The notes beneath the pieces are model-generated. The model saw nothing but the letters and a program-made list of their open reading frames with translations. It did not search any database and was not told the origin of the DNA. From NCBI RefSeq assembly GCF_009914755.1, contig NC_060942.1: DNA of 64,000 bases; one strand, given 5' to 3'. Source of the DNA: the human T2T-CHM13v2.0 reference genome, Homo sapiens. The translations under genes were made by a program, and so were the position numbers. Each line of letters begins with the position of its first letter. Position 1 is the first letter of the stretch. Positions 27,277 through 41,963 of this stretch are shown here, piece by piece.

Positions 27277-27700
27277 CTGGCCGCGTCCCGCAGTCCGGCC
27301 CTCGCTGGCTGCGTCCGTCCGTTGGTCCCACGAGCCTCGGAGGAAGGAGAGAGATGTCCCCGCGACCAGGACCGGCTCTCAGCGAGGTGACGGGAAGGAC
27401 TCGAGAGAGGAGCCGAGGCGGCGGCGGCCGTTCGCGCCGCCTATGCTGCCGATTCCCCGAGGCGGAAGGTGTCCGCGAGGCCGTGTCCTGGAGATTGCGG
27501 CGCCCGAAGCGCAGCGCTCGCCTCTGGAGCGGAGGCTGAGCGCCGGGACGCGGCGGGCTGGGGCTGCAAGGCTGGGCTGGTGACCCGCCCCTGGGTGCAT
27601 GTTAATACGGTGGGGAGGAGGAGTCCCGCGCTTCCTCCGCCCAACCACCGGAGCCGGCGGGCGGGCGGCGGCCGCGGCCCGGAGCCAGCCGCTCCCACCC
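27277..27700 (-). other. Probable non-coding first exon of an unidentified minus-strand gene (5' end uncertain)
   Basis: Minus-strand donor CAG|GTAACG at 27277/27276 inside the CpG island; no recognisable coding sequence; the left part of the window looks intronic. Confidence 0.55.
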
Positions 27701-29042
27701 GCCCCAGCTACTACGGCGCGGCGCGACCGCGGGCTCCGGCCCCAGCCCAGGCACGTGCGCCCAGGCCGCGGGGAGGCGCCGGCGCCTCCCGGAACGCGCT
27801 CCTGGCCTGCGAGTGCTGCCCGCTCAGTCTCCGGGTGGGAAGTGCGCTCGCCCCGGACCGAGGGGAAAGCCCAACATCCCCGGGATGGAACAGAGAGGCG
27901 GCCACCCGTGAGTGGGCGTGACCCATTGGTTCCCTTGCGCAGCATCTGTGGAGAATTAAGCTTTCCCCTCCTCTCTTGCCAGCCGTTGTTCCTAATCTTG
28001 TCTTTTTTAAGGGAGGAAAGCAGGAGAACTCATGACACTTTGTATCACAGGAAATCAAGTTGGTGGAGAGAGGGTTTGCTGACCTCTCCCGTCCCTCCTC
28101 AGGGTCCCTAGGAGAATTTTTGAAGAAGTAATCGGCAGCAAGGAGATGGGGGCAATAGAGAGTCTCAGACTCGCAGGGACCCATGTTCGTCCCCAGCGCC
28201 ACTACTTTCAAACCGTTATCCCTCAGAGCTGTTTCCTCACCTCCACAACAACTCTCCCGGGTTCGATGACACTATATATCCCACCAGTTCATCTTGGTAC
28301 AGGCCAAAAGGTAATTCAAAAAGCGAAACGAATCTCATCTCCTGACCTGTGCCCTCGGTAAAGTCCCCAGGTTCCACCCCAAGTACACTTGGAAGCCAGG
28401 CCCCTCCACACAGGCTGAGCACCACGCTTCCACAAACTGAAAACAGAGAGAATCCACTTGGTTTCAAAGTCAGAATAGGGATAGCGGCGTGAGTGGGTGA
28501 ATTGCGATGTGGGTCAAGGAGAGAAAAAAGTAAATCAATTAAGTATTTATTGAGCTCCTGCGCTGCCCACTTAATTGCAAACGTTACAGTAGTTAAAATA
28601 ATCGTGGTTAATCACTGCCTTATTATTTCCTTCTATTAAAAAAAGAAATGGCATCTTCATGGAGAATGTCCTTTGTTCTACAGCTTCCTGAGGGAATATT
28701 ATGCCAAAAAGTACATAATCTTTATGTAATTTTATCCAGAAGTTATAGCATAAGATTTAGCATCTGTTTTGTGTGATGTCTAATTATAAATATTAATAGA
28801 ATATCCTTTTAAAGACAACACTTCTAAAAATGCAAGGAAGTGAAAAACAGTTTTCATAAAAATATGACTCAGATAAATAACCTCTTTCCTGCAATTTCAC
28901 TGAGTGATTTTCCATTAAAGAAAATAACAATTACTGAAACCACTAAATGGAGGTAAATTCTCAGCATTGTAATACCATGAGCACCGACGCTTTAGCAATG
29001 ATCTAAAAGATATTCTCAGACAATTCAAGAATTACTATAGGG

Positions 29043-29339
<297 letters not shown>

Positions 29340-29464
29340 TTATTATAGGGACACTTCAAATCGGATTCCCTGAAAAGGCAAAATACTGATATGTGATAAT
29401 AGCCTTCATAATTTGGAAAATTTGCCTTTCCAGATTTGTAAATATGTTTAATTAATAGATTTTC

Positions 29465-29720
29465 TTTTCTAATTTTTAAATTGATATATCACAGTTGCAC
29501 ATATTTTGCAGGTAGATACAATAATTTGGTATATATATACAATGCATAATGATCAAATCAGGGTAATTGGGATATCCCTCACCTCATTTATCTTTTCTTT
29601 GTATTGGGAACATTAGAATTCTTCTCTTCTAGCTATTTTGAAATATACAATAAATTAAACTATATAGTTCCTCTGCTGTACTATTGAATACTAGAGCTTA
29701 ATCCTGGTATCTAACCACGT
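29465..29720 (-). mobile_element. L1MA 3' end
   Basis: AATGATCAAATCAGGGTAATTGGGATATCC...TTCTAGCTATTTTGAAATATACAATAAATT. Confidence 0.8.
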
Positions 29721-29899
29721 TTAATCCATAGATTCTTCCAATGACATCACATAAATAAGAAGGTCAGTATCATTGTCAGGCCCTAACTCAAATTAGATGA
29801 ATTCAGTGAATAAAATTACTTGAAGTGGAAAATCAATTTTCTTACAAAATTGTTATGGTAGATTTAACCCAGCAACAATAATATCGATGTAACATTGCT

Positions 29900-30390
29900 A
29901 TTATTAGGGTTTTCTGACTGTAGGTGACAGAAACCAAAGTTGGCTAACTTAAGTGAAAATAATTTATTAGAAAAATATTGAAAGCTTCCAGAATTAAAGA
30001 GAGGACTGGAAAGCAGTCTTGGAAACAGTCAGGATTTGAGGCAATACCGATGGGCTAGGAAGCAGGAAAGACAGCAGTTTGGTTTGGTGCTGCACAGTCT
30101 ACTTGAGAAAATACCAAATTTTTCTCACCTTCCATTACTGAATCAAGATTCAAAATCACAGGGTTGAGTATTTATTTGCTTGGCCAAACTTCATGGAGGC
30201 ACTGACTCCCTGGCTATATATACCAGGACAGGAAGAAGAAACGTTTGATTTCTCGACTTTCAGGATGGAGGGTGGGCACCTGGATTTATGACACTTCCAC
30301 AAGAATACATAATTGAAGATAGGTAATTCCTCAAAATAAAATCAGAGAGTGATGAATAAGGAGGATTTGATGCTGAGATTTTTTAAAAAT
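29900..30390. mobile_element. Ancient LTR (MLT1K-N/LTR33-like)
   Basis: TATTAGGGTT...GTGACAGAAACC...AACTTAAG...AATTTATT terminus; subfamily uncertain. Confidence 0.45.
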
Positions 30391-30639
30391 GATATACATC
30401 TGGTACTTTGGCCATGAAATTTATATTCTAATTCTTATAGTTACTTGAAAACAAACAATGATATTGTGTAAGGAAAACTGATAGCACTTCTTTTCGTTGT
30501 TGTTATTCGTATGCTTGTTTTTAGTTAAGAGATTTTTAAATGTTGTTTAAATATCCTATGGCTGGTTACCTTATTTGTATTCTCATAGCACCTGTAAGCA
30601 CTACTGCAAGCCAGAGCTTGTCATCTGGGCTCATTTCAT

Positions 30640-31081
30640 CACTGAATAATGGCCATGAAAAGATGTCCAAGTTCTAATCCTTGGAACCAGTGATTGGTGC
30701 CTTACCAGTGATTGGGCTTCCGGGTTACCCTAGTTGGCCCAATTGTAAACATAAGGTACTTATAGGAAGGAGTCAAGAAAGTCAAAGGCAGAAGAAAAAG
30801 ATGGGATGATGGAAACAGAGGTTGAAATCATGCACTTTGAAGATGGAGGAAGGTGGTCATCAATAAAAGAATATAGGTGATCTCTGGAAACTAGAAAAAG
30901 TGAAAAAAGGATTCTCCTCTAGAGTCTTCCAAATGGAACACCGGTCTACTAACATCTTGATTTTAGCCCAGTTAAACTGGTTTTAGACTGACCTCCAGAG
31001 CTATAAGATTAAAAAATTTGTGTTGTTTTAAGCCATCAAGTCTGTAGTAATTTGTATCAGCAGCCACAGGAAACTAATACA
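30640..31081 (+). mobile_element. MLT1C/D MaLR solo LTR
   Basis: GAATAATGGCC...AAAGATGTCCA...TTTGAAGATGGAGGAAGG...TGTGTTGTTTTAAGCCA...GGAAACTAATACA. Confidence 0.85.
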
Positions 31082-31366
31082 GACAGCTTACCCAGGCGTT
31101 GGGAGCATGCTTTCAAAAGCACCCTATTGGTAGTGGGTGGCATGGTAGCCCTCACTATAGAAGAAGCGCAGAAAAGTATACCTACTTTTGGAGAAGCTAA
31201 CTCGAAGCTGGTTAAGTTAGCAAACATGTTGGTGAGAACAGGAAATTGGAAACCATGGACAGATAGGGTTCCTATGCAAGAGTTTCCGATTCTCTAGTTA
31301 CATCAAAATGGCGGCACTCCTAGACCACAAAATCGTCAGACAGGTAAAATCCCATGAAAATGAAGC

Positions 31367-31814
<448 letters not shown>

Positions 31815-31819
31815 TAATA

Positions 31820-32835
31820 GAGCGTTCTTATCCAGTCTCATGGTTTCGAGTAACATTAAAATGGTGATAACTTCTACATCCTCTCAGATCAGTTTAAGAT
31901 TTGTAAATCCAAAGGCCCACTAGACAAATCATGAAATTTCCAGTTATCTCAAACTTAATGGGTCTGCATTAAATTCACCATCATCTGCCTTTCACCTCCA
32001 TTCACATTTATTTCATTTCCTGTTATACTATATGAATTCATGGCACTATTATCCACCAAGTCACTAACACCAGACACCTGTGAGTTTTCTTAGACTTCTG
32101 CACTCACCAATCACCTGCAATCCAGCACCAAACGCTGTTGACTTCTTCCACTGTCTGAGTAGGTCTTGAATTCTTTGTCTATTTCCATTTCTATTATATG
32201 GCCCCATCAGGCCTTCATCGTCTCATCTCCAGGTTATTATGCTATCTTCCTATCTTCTTTCCATTTCCTCAGTTTTGCCTTCTCTTCATTGCAGCAGGAG
32301 TGGTCTTCTAAGAATGCAACTCTGACCATGCTACTTCGGTGCTTTAAAATCTTTAATAATGACCATTATTTACCATATAAAGTTTATTTATTTATAATGA
32401 CATACAAGGTTCTTCATAAACGTGGTTTCATCTTCTTCAGCCATTCCTCCCATGATTTGTACATTATGCCTCGGTAAATCAAACTGCTGTTTATAATGCC
32501 ATTTATGTATCATGCTCTGTAATAGATCTTTAACTTTTCCTTACTTTATTCCCTGTCTTCAATTCCCTCTCTCTGCTTTTTCTGGCTAATATTTATTGAT
32601 CCTTCAAGATGGGCTTCAGTATACCTCTTGCCTAAAAAAGGGACATTAGGTTGGATTAAGTGTTGCCAATGCTCACTGTACCTACCACTATCTTAGCTCC
32701 TACCACATTCTATTACAATTTTCAGATTATGTAGGTTATGTTTTTAAGACTTTAGCTATCCCTATTTGGATCACCAATACCTAGCATAAAAATGATCTCT
32801 CAATAGATAATCAATATGTATTTATTAAACTCGAT
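31820..32835. mobile_element. L2 fragments
   Basis: Pyrimidine-rich L2-like stretches (ATCCAGTCTCATGGTTT, CTCAAACTTAA, ATCCACCAAGTCAC); approximate. Confidence 0.65.
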
Positions 32836-33214
32836 TGACCTGAACTGCTCTGAGAATATATTGTGGTGTCAGGATATACCCTATTATTTAATAAAAACAT
32901 GTGTATGATACAATATAACATGTATCCAAATTTTAAAACCCATCCCTCATCAGGTTTAGTAAATGGGGAGCTTTCTTTCTCGTGCTAAACAAAAACAAAC
33001 AAAAAAATTGAAGAAAGATGTTTGAAAACACCCTGACTAGTTTTTCTTTATAGTAGCCAATCCAGTGAAATGAAAGGATCTTAACCTTAAATTCTTTTCA
33101 CTGAATGTTTTGCTTTATGTTTTATTTAACAATTTTCATTAAAGATGTAAATATTGGAATACAATGGACTTAGCTTCTGTTTTACTCCCTTCTTTTATTC
33201 CCTGACATTCTTTT

Positions 33215-33465
33215 AAAACTTAAATTTTTAAATTGATACATGATAATTGTATATATTTATGGAGCATGGTGTGATGTTTTAGTACATGTATATACGTTGT
33301 ATAATTATCAAGTCAGAGTATTGAGCATATCTATCGCCTCATACATTTATCATTTCTTTATGGTGAGAACATTCAAAATTCTCTCTTCTAGCTATTTATA
33401 AATATAAAATATAATATTGTTAGCCATAGTCATCCTACTGTGCAATAAAGCACCAAAACTTGTTT
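33215..33465 (-). mobile_element. L1MA 3' end
   Basis: TTTTTAAATTGATACATGATAATTGTATATATTTATGG...TTCTAGCTATTT. Confidence 0.8.
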
Positions 33466-35920
33466 ATTGATTAATCTACACATGCTGTTTCCTCTTCTTG
33501 TCTTCATCCCCTCTCCCTCCTTTATTCTTCTACCCATTGTCATATGGCTTGAGCCTTGCACATTGCAATTTGGCTTTGTTCTGATAAAAGATGTCTAATT
33601 TTCTCAACAAAAAGACCCTTTGTAATTCCTATTTCCTTGATCTCTAAATAAAATTTTAGGCTATAGACAACTGATTTTTTAAAAATTCCACCAGAAATTT
33701 CCATAGCTTCACTCTGGCCTGTTTGTTTTCTACTTCTCTGCCCCCAGGTTTTCTTACTACCCCTCCTAAGTTGCAATTTTCATGTCCCCAGGATGGTAGC
33801 TGAGGCGATGACATCTCTGAAGAGAAAGAGCCTGCAGCCAGGAACCCAGGGAATCTCTGGTGGGAGGCAACCCAGGGAAACAGTGGTACAAAAACCAAGG
33901 AGTGGGAGAATTTCAGGAGATGAGACTGGTTGACGCTGAATTTTAAACCAACATTTTTGCACGAATAATGTCTCCACCAGAAAATACGTACAGCACTCAC
34001 AAATTCATCATCACAAACCAAACAGGCCATCTTCCATCCAGTTAGTCTTTCCACTGGTGATTCTTGATTCCACCACATACCCAGATACTGAAGACAGAAA
34101 TATTAATATTAAAGTCATTCTGTATCTCTTTCTTCCACATTATTGCTACATCTAGCCCCTAAGTGTTACCAAACTCCTAAAACAATAAGCTGTGTATTTT
34201 ACTCCACTGCTTAAATTTTTTTCAGAAGATCCTCTCTGTCTTCAAGGTAAAATTGAAAACAATAAGTATGACCTGTAAGCCATTCACAACCTTTTTCTTC
34301 ATTAAATTATCAAATTAATTCATTTGAGTGGAGTGACTTTTCACATTTTGAAATACTTGGTTAAAAACTGTATTGAAATAATTGTAACAGGTTGGGAATA
34401 ACTATTTGTAGTGAAGAACAAATATGAAGGAATTCAAGAGTAGTAAGTGCAAAAAAAGAAAATATATACATCTATATACAGTAGGAACTAATGATAGTAA
34501 ATGAATCTGGGTCAACTATCTACCAGCATAGTGGTAAATGGGGGAGAAAGAATCAGAATATCCCAATAACTAACAAAAATTAACATATTATTGTATAAAT
34601 TTTGAGAAGAGACATGCTCCAGATTTTTATGTCTAGAAATATCGTATTTAAGAGTTCACTTTCAAGCATTTTAATTTTACCCTTCAAGACATTTTACCCT
34701 TTCAAAAACTTTCTTGTAATTATGTAGTACTCTAATTTCTCCAGATATGTAAATGTTCTTGACAGACTACATTAAGTAAAATTGTTTTAAAAGAAATAAC
34801 AAGATTAGGATTTGACTTTTAATTTCACAGGCAATATATCTAGGCAGGTGAAAGAATAATTTTATTATTTTTTAATTAATCTTTTTTCATATTGCACTAA
34901 ATTTGACTGCTCATCTTTTTCAAATCCAGTTCACATTTAAGTTTTTTATATAAGATAGACATATTCTGGATCTGTCAGGGAGAAATGCCATTTTAAACAT
35001 GACTCTCATTAAAGAGAATCTAGATTAAAGAAGTATTCACAATACTGGAATGACCTGAATTAACATAAACCAGTAACTTAACCAGCAATGAGCACGCACA
35101 TTTGTGTAGAATCTTATTTTGTTTTCATTGTTGTATACAGCGGATTTAAAAGGAAAACACCTTCCTTTTTCAGTAAAAGAATGTGTAGTTCAGGGAAAAT
35201 CAGCAGTGAATATCCAGTGATTGCATGAATAACTGATGAGTTACACACAAATAATTCTGTGAATAAGCCACTGTCCTCTAAGAATCAGATTCTTTAGATG
35301 CAAATTTGTCGGAAGATGTAATTTATTCAATCCTGAGAAGCACAGCTCCCACACTTGTATTATTGATATTGATAAGCCCATATTAATACATTTTAAGATA
35401 CATTTTTTAAAAAGGTGTGTATATATTCATGTTTGGGACACTAGAAAGACCAAGATGGACTTCCTAGGGTTATTTAAGACATTCTGTTTCTAATATTCAT
35501 TCTTTCTAATTAATCATAGTCTGCTTATGCTCTATTTGATACTAAAAGACTTGCAGGAAAACAGACAGACAGACAAACAAGTAAGGCATGGCTTCTGTCC
35601 CTAAGAATTCTCCACTTTAAAGTATAAATTAATGAAATAATATTGGTGAAATGCTTAGTTCAAATCTTGTGGGAAAGTTGGCATTCAATAAATGGTAGCT
35701 GATGATGATGTTCACAATGATGATGATTACTATAGCCTTGTGAGCATTAGCATTTAGAGTGATAACATATCACATGATAATAATTCATATGCCAGCAACC
35801 TGAACTCTCTGGAATATAGCCCTAACATAGGCTCTACACAACACATAGATATTACTAAGGCTATACACTGAAGCTCATCTGAGTGTTCCTTAGACCTTCG
35901 TTCTTAATTTACACAGGGAA

Positions 35921-36263
35921 TGTGGCAGAAGCATGCTAGCTGTGCACCAAAACATAATTGGTGCACAGAGCTAATCTGCTTTCTCCAGCTACCCTACAGT
36001 TACGACGATAGGATTGTGTTCTAGTGAAGTGAATGTAGGTAGAAATTATGTCTGTCACTTCCAAGTCTGCCATAGAAACCTCTTACAACACCCTCCATTA
36101 CCTCTCTCCACATGGCTATTTGGAGTGTGTCTTGTATTGGAAATGGCAGAAACCCAAAAAAACATACAGCCTCCCAGTTGGATATTTTATTATTATCTGT
36201 TGCATTTATTGTTGAGATTTTGGGGTTTCTCAGCACAGAGCTAGTGTCAATTTATCTAATACA
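35921..36263 (+). mobile_element. MLT1I/J-like MaLR LTR
   Basis: TGTGGCAGA... start and ...CTAATACA end. Confidence 0.6.
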
Positions 36264-36269
36264 ATGAAG

Positions 36270-36500
36270 AAGTAAATGAAAAAATATGAAGTGTCTACTG
36301 TATTCTAGACCTTTTGTATACAATATTTTATTTATCCTCTCAAGCAAACCTTTGAACTAGCCATTGATAGTTTCACTTAAGGATGAGGAAACTGATGCTT
36401 GAGTTAAGTAAGTTTTCTGGGATCCACAGCCGGTGAGCGGCAGAGTCGAAATTTGAACCTCAGTTTGGCCTCAGAGCTTGTATTTTCACAACACATCTTT
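36270..36500. mobile_element. MIR
   Basis: GATGAGGAAACTGATGCTTGAGTTAAGTAA core. Confidence 0.7.
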
Positions 36501-38221
36501 CTCTAATCTTTGGTTGACTTAACAACTGAATAAGAGTTCTATTTCTATGACAGTTTTATAGCAATAATTTAAAAAACAGATATTTTTAAAATTATGTTGT
36601 CTATTATGGAAGCAATAGACAACAAATAAATCATAAAAAGCTGAAACAAAGTTGCACAAACCGTAGACTAGAAGCCCAGGGGCATTTGTGTGGGTAAACA
36701 GTGCTAATTAACTTTAAAGATGCTGACATTATCTGTACATTATGGCCCTAAAATGTGGTTAACATACTTAATGATAATCTTGCATTAGTAAGAAAAAGAC
36801 AATTGTATTTGTGTACAATGTTTAAATGGCAGAGAATTGTGCAATTTCATTCAACAGTTTTGTTGAAATATTGATGTACAATAAACCAAATGAATTAAAT
36901 TGTACAATATAAATTCTAATATATATGTATGTGTAAATAAATATGTATATATATTTGACACATATGTATAGATACAGGTGGGTATCTATATATGTGTGTG
37001 TATACACACAGGCACAAACACACACTGATAGAACCATCATCGCAATAAAGATAATGAACACATCTATTACCTCCTAAATTTCCCTCTCCCTTTTTATCTC
37101 CCTCTTATCATTTTCCAAACCCTCTCTTTCCCTGAAAACTCCATTCTGCCTCTTGTCACTTCAGATTATTTTATAAAATGTTTGTATAAATGGTATCATA
37201 CAGTATGTACTGCTTTTCCCTCTAGGCTATTTCACTCAGCATGTTGCAGGGGTCATCCATGTTGCTGTGTGTATTGAAATTGATAGTTCACTTCTTTTGG
37301 TTGCTGAGTCATTTTCCAGTTTTTGGCTATTAGAAAATACGCTTTCATGAGCATTTGGGTGTAAGTCTTTTTAAGGAGATCTGTTTTTATTTCTCTAAGA
37401 CAAACACCCAGGAGAGTGATCACTCAGTCATATGGTGTGTGTTGAATTTTTAAGAAACTGCCTTATTTCTAATGTATTTTGATCAGTTTAGAGTCCCACA
37501 GTGAGTTTATGACAATTCAGGTTCCTCCATATCCTCACTAATACTTGCTATGCTCAATCTTTTTAATTTTAGACATTCTAATAAGTGTGTACAGGTATCT
37601 CCTTGTCATTTTAATTTGCATTTACCTAATGACTAATGATGATGGGCATGTTTTTATGCGCCTGTTTGCCAATCATACATCTTTAGTGAAGTATCTGTTT
37701 GAAATTTTTGCCTATTTTTAATGAGCTGTTTTCTTTTTATTCAGTTTTGAGAGTATTTTGTATATTGAATACAAGTCCTTCATTAGATACTTGCAAATAG
37801 TTTCTCCCGGACTGTGGCTTGTCTTTTCATTCTCTAAACAGTGTCTTTCTAAGAGCAGAAGTCCTTATTTTCTATGAAATCCAATTTGTTATTTTCTTTA
37901 TTTATAGATTATACACTTTGTGTTTTGTATCTAATAAATATTTGCTTAAATCAAAGATGCAAAGATTTTCCTCTTTTGTTTTCAAGAAGTCTTACAGTTT
38001 TAGGTTTCATATTTATATCTATGATCTGTTTTGAGTTTATTTTTATATATCATGTGAGGATCAAATTTTATTTTTTTTGCATATAGGTATGTAATTGTTT
38101 CAGCACTATTTGTTGTACGTATAATCTTTTTCCACTGGACTATGTTTGCAACTTAAAAAAAAATCAATTGACTGTATATGTGTGGGTCTGTCTGGACTCT
38201 GTATTCTGTCTGTCCCATTGA

Positions 38222-38705
<484 letters not shown>

Positions 38706-39465
38706 TTGAATTCTTTGTTTCTCTTCATGTCAAAACCACACTGTTTTGATTACTGTGCCTTTACAATAAGTCTTGAAGTCAGGTTGTATAAGTCCTCCAA
38801 TTTTGTTCATTTTTTTGAAAGATACTTTGTTATTCTTGGTCTTCTCCATTTTCATATGGATTTTAGAATCACAGTTTTAATTTCTAAAATTAAATAAATA
38901 AAAGACTGTGGAGATTTCAATTGGAATTCCTTGGAGTCTAAAGATCGACTTGGAGAGAAATGATACCTAACATAAACATGGCATATTTTGCCATTTTTAT
39001 GTGTTTATCTCAGCAATGTATTATAGTTTTCAGTACACTAATTCTGCACAACTATTTTGAGAGTTATCTGAAGAATTTTATATTTGTGATGCTATTACAA
39101 ATAGTATTATTTCACTTTCTAATTGTTCACTAAAAGTATATGGGAAAAATGATATTTGTGTACTTTTATCAAATTTGCTAATCTTATTCATCTTAGTAGT
39201 TTTTTGTACATATCACAGGATTTCCTAAATAGACAACAATGTCATCTGTAAATAAAGATGGCTTCACTTTTATAACTTTGATGCCTTTTATTTTATTTTT
39301 CTTGCCTATGTTCTTGGCTAGAAACTCTAGTGCAGTATTGAATGGAAGTGATGACAGCAGTCATCCTTGACATGTTTCTGAGCTTAGCAGGGATACATTT
39401 ATGCTTTCATCATTGATTATGATATTATAGTACTTTCAAAGATGCACTTTATCAGGTTGAGAAGT

Positions 39466-39685
39466 TTTCTTTTTTGAAAATTTCAGCTCTTACTTTAGAT
39501 TCAGGGGATACATGCGCAGGTTTGTTACAAGGGTATATTGTGTGATGCTGAGGTTTGGTGTACGATTGAACCCATTACCTAGGTAGTGAGCATTGTACCC
39601 AATAGGCGGTTTTTCAGCCTTTGCCCTCCTCCCTCCCTCTCCCTGCTTGTAGTTTCCAGTGCCTATCATTCCTATCATTGTGTTA
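39466..39685 (-). mobile_element. Older L1PA (PA15/16-like) 3' end
   Basis: TAGATTCAGGGGATACATGCGCAGGTTTGTTACAAGGGTATATTGTGTGATGCTGAGGTTTGG. Confidence 0.8.
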
Positions 39686-41659
39686 TTTAGCTTTTACATA
39701 AATGGGGATTTTCAAAATAAATTTGTTACTGATTTCTAATTTATCTCCAAGTGAAAAATGTAGTATAGATCATATCATTTTAACATGGTCTAAATCAAAT
39801 TCTTTGAAATTTATTGAAATACTGTCATATCATGTGCAGAGGCAGAAGTCAAATAATCCAGTCTTGGATCCAACATTGAGTGTGTATACTCCATGAGGAC
39901 ATTGACTACGAGATCCACATTTTTTTTTGTAGCTATATCCCTAGAACCTTACAAAGTCTGACACATAGTAGGTACAAAATAAATATTTTCTCAATGACCA
40001 AATGAGTTAGTTAATAACAAAGCTGTGGTCATTTCTCCCATATAAACCCCACATGTGGGGGGAACCAGCCTATTATTCCTACAGTATTTTATTTTAGCTA
40101 GAATTCTTTGAACATCTTGTATATAGAAAACTAGATTATACTAGGTGCTTGAAGGGGATACATAGATGTGTAAAACCTAATCTTTGCCTTCAAAGAATTT
40201 TCAGTCTAGAGGGAGAATGAGAAAGAGAAACAGCTAACTATGATACAAGACGTAATTATACATATGTGAAGCCTACAGAAGCATTGCTTTGGCAAAAAGG
40301 AGTAATTAAATTTAATAGAGATGCCTTCTTCTGAGTGCTAGAATAATAATCTGTATGAAGTGGCCTCTAAAGAAATGTTGCTAGTTTATTGGAAATTTGA
40401 TAATATTCATTTAATTAGTCCTGTGATAAATGAAGGAATTTTTCCCCATGGAAAAGATTCTGCTTAAAAAGACTAATGAAATAAAGTGCTTTAACATTTT
40501 AAGAGGGGCATCCCATCTGCTTCAGATGTTTCCCTGTCCCCTTGACTATTTAGATTTGGAATCTCAGGCACCAATCAGGTCTGGAACCAGTAGCATAGAT
40601 TTATGCTCTGAGCAATTATTTGAAAGTATTAAATTAAAATAAAGCCTCCTGACATTTCAGTCAATTTCTTTTCCTTCTTTCTAGCTGATAACATCTAAGT
40701 TAGGAAAAATGAGGTAGCCACAAAGAGTACCTCAAAGAATTTAGACTTCTGCCCAATTCTTATGTTAGACATTCCAATACTGTACAGGCAGCTGGAAAGA
40801 GATTTCAGGTAGAAGTGTGACTGTTTTATGTTTCAGAAGCTTGGCTTTTGAAGTTTTATTTCACAATCTAACACCTTTGACTCTGCTCACCAATGCAGTG
40901 CTCAGCTCTCCTCACCACTCCTGGGAAACGAGGGGGTCAAATTGTTGAAGTGTAAATGTGCTATCTGTTCCCATTGTTCACATACACACATTCACCGCAT
41001 CATGGGGAAACCACACCGGCTCCTTCAGCAGGATGCATTTAGCTTTGATAGAATTAGCAATAGGGAGCCTCTGAGGTGTTTTAGTCAAGGATGAGGAACA
41101 CTGAAAAAAAAAAAAAAAAAAGACAACCAAAAAAAAAAAAAGCACATGTCATTGAGGTGCTAACAAAAGAAGAGACATAAAATATTTAAAAAGCAACATT
41201 CTTTAGGGCTCATTTCCATTCACATAAAGTTCTGCAAAATGTTCAACTTGCTTGGTCTTTAAGTCAATAACAAGAAAATGCAGAGAGATAGAAAATGAAA
41301 AATTAAAGAAGAAAATGAAGAAAAGGGGGATTTTTGAAAATATTTTTCACTCCTGAGGTGAGCCTAGTGAGACTGAAACAAGCCACCAACCAGAGGCAAA
41401 CACATTTCTCACCTAAAGTCATACCTGAGCTGCCCTTAGCTTAAGGAAAAACTGAATGGATTCGATGATTATAACAATGACTTTAAAACATTTTAGCAGA
41501 ATATTTTTCTCTTTTTTCCTTTTTTTGTGGGGGATGCTGAGGTGGTTTGGTGGGGAAATCACCATTAAAATCCATTTAGAAAGTATTAAAAAGCATAATT
41601 TCAAAGTCTAAAATAGGTCAATAAAGGTACTATTTTTAAAATAAGGTAATTAATTAGTT

Positions 41660-41963
41660 AATTTTTTTGAGACAGGGACTCACTCTGTCACCCAGGCTGG
41701 AGTGCAGTGGTGATCATAGCTCAGTGCGGCCTTGGACTTCTGGGCTCAAGCAATCCTCCTGCTTCAGTCTCTCGAGTAGTTGGGGAAAACGGGTGTGCTA
41801 CTACGCCCAGCTAATTTTTTATTTTTCTTTTTTTTTTTTTTTTTTTTAGAGTCGTGGTTTCACTGTGTTGCCCAGGCTGGTCTTGAACTACTGGGCTTAA
41901 GTGATCCTCTCACCTTGACCTCCCAAAGTGCTAGGATCACAGTTGTGGGCCACCATGGCCAGC
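41660..41963 (-). mobile_element. AluJ
   Basis: GTGATCATAGCTCA...GGGCTCAAGCAATCCTCC; extended middle T-tract. Confidence 0.88.

Larger units (their letters stand above)
26200..27960. promoter_or_regulatory. CpG island promoter, probably bidirectional
   Basis: Very GC- and CpG-dense against an AT-rich background; multiple GC boxes (CCGCCC), CACGTG at ~27752, ATTGG (reverse CCAAT) at ~27925. Confidence 0.92.

Noticed and set aside
26200-27960. Assigning a gene symbol to the CpG-island gene
   Set aside because: No coding exon is in the window and I do not reliably recognise the 5'UTR; a genome search is required.
26036-28211. Many long overlapping ORFs (up to 277 aa) in the CpG island
   Set aside because: Arg/Gly/Pro/Ala-rich, open on both strands, mostly non-ATG starts and no recognisable domain; expected in stop-poor GC-rich DNA.
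41104-41141. Orphan poly(A) tracts (also 61891-61906) as ultra-truncated retroinsertions
   Set aside because: No convincing TSD or element remnant.
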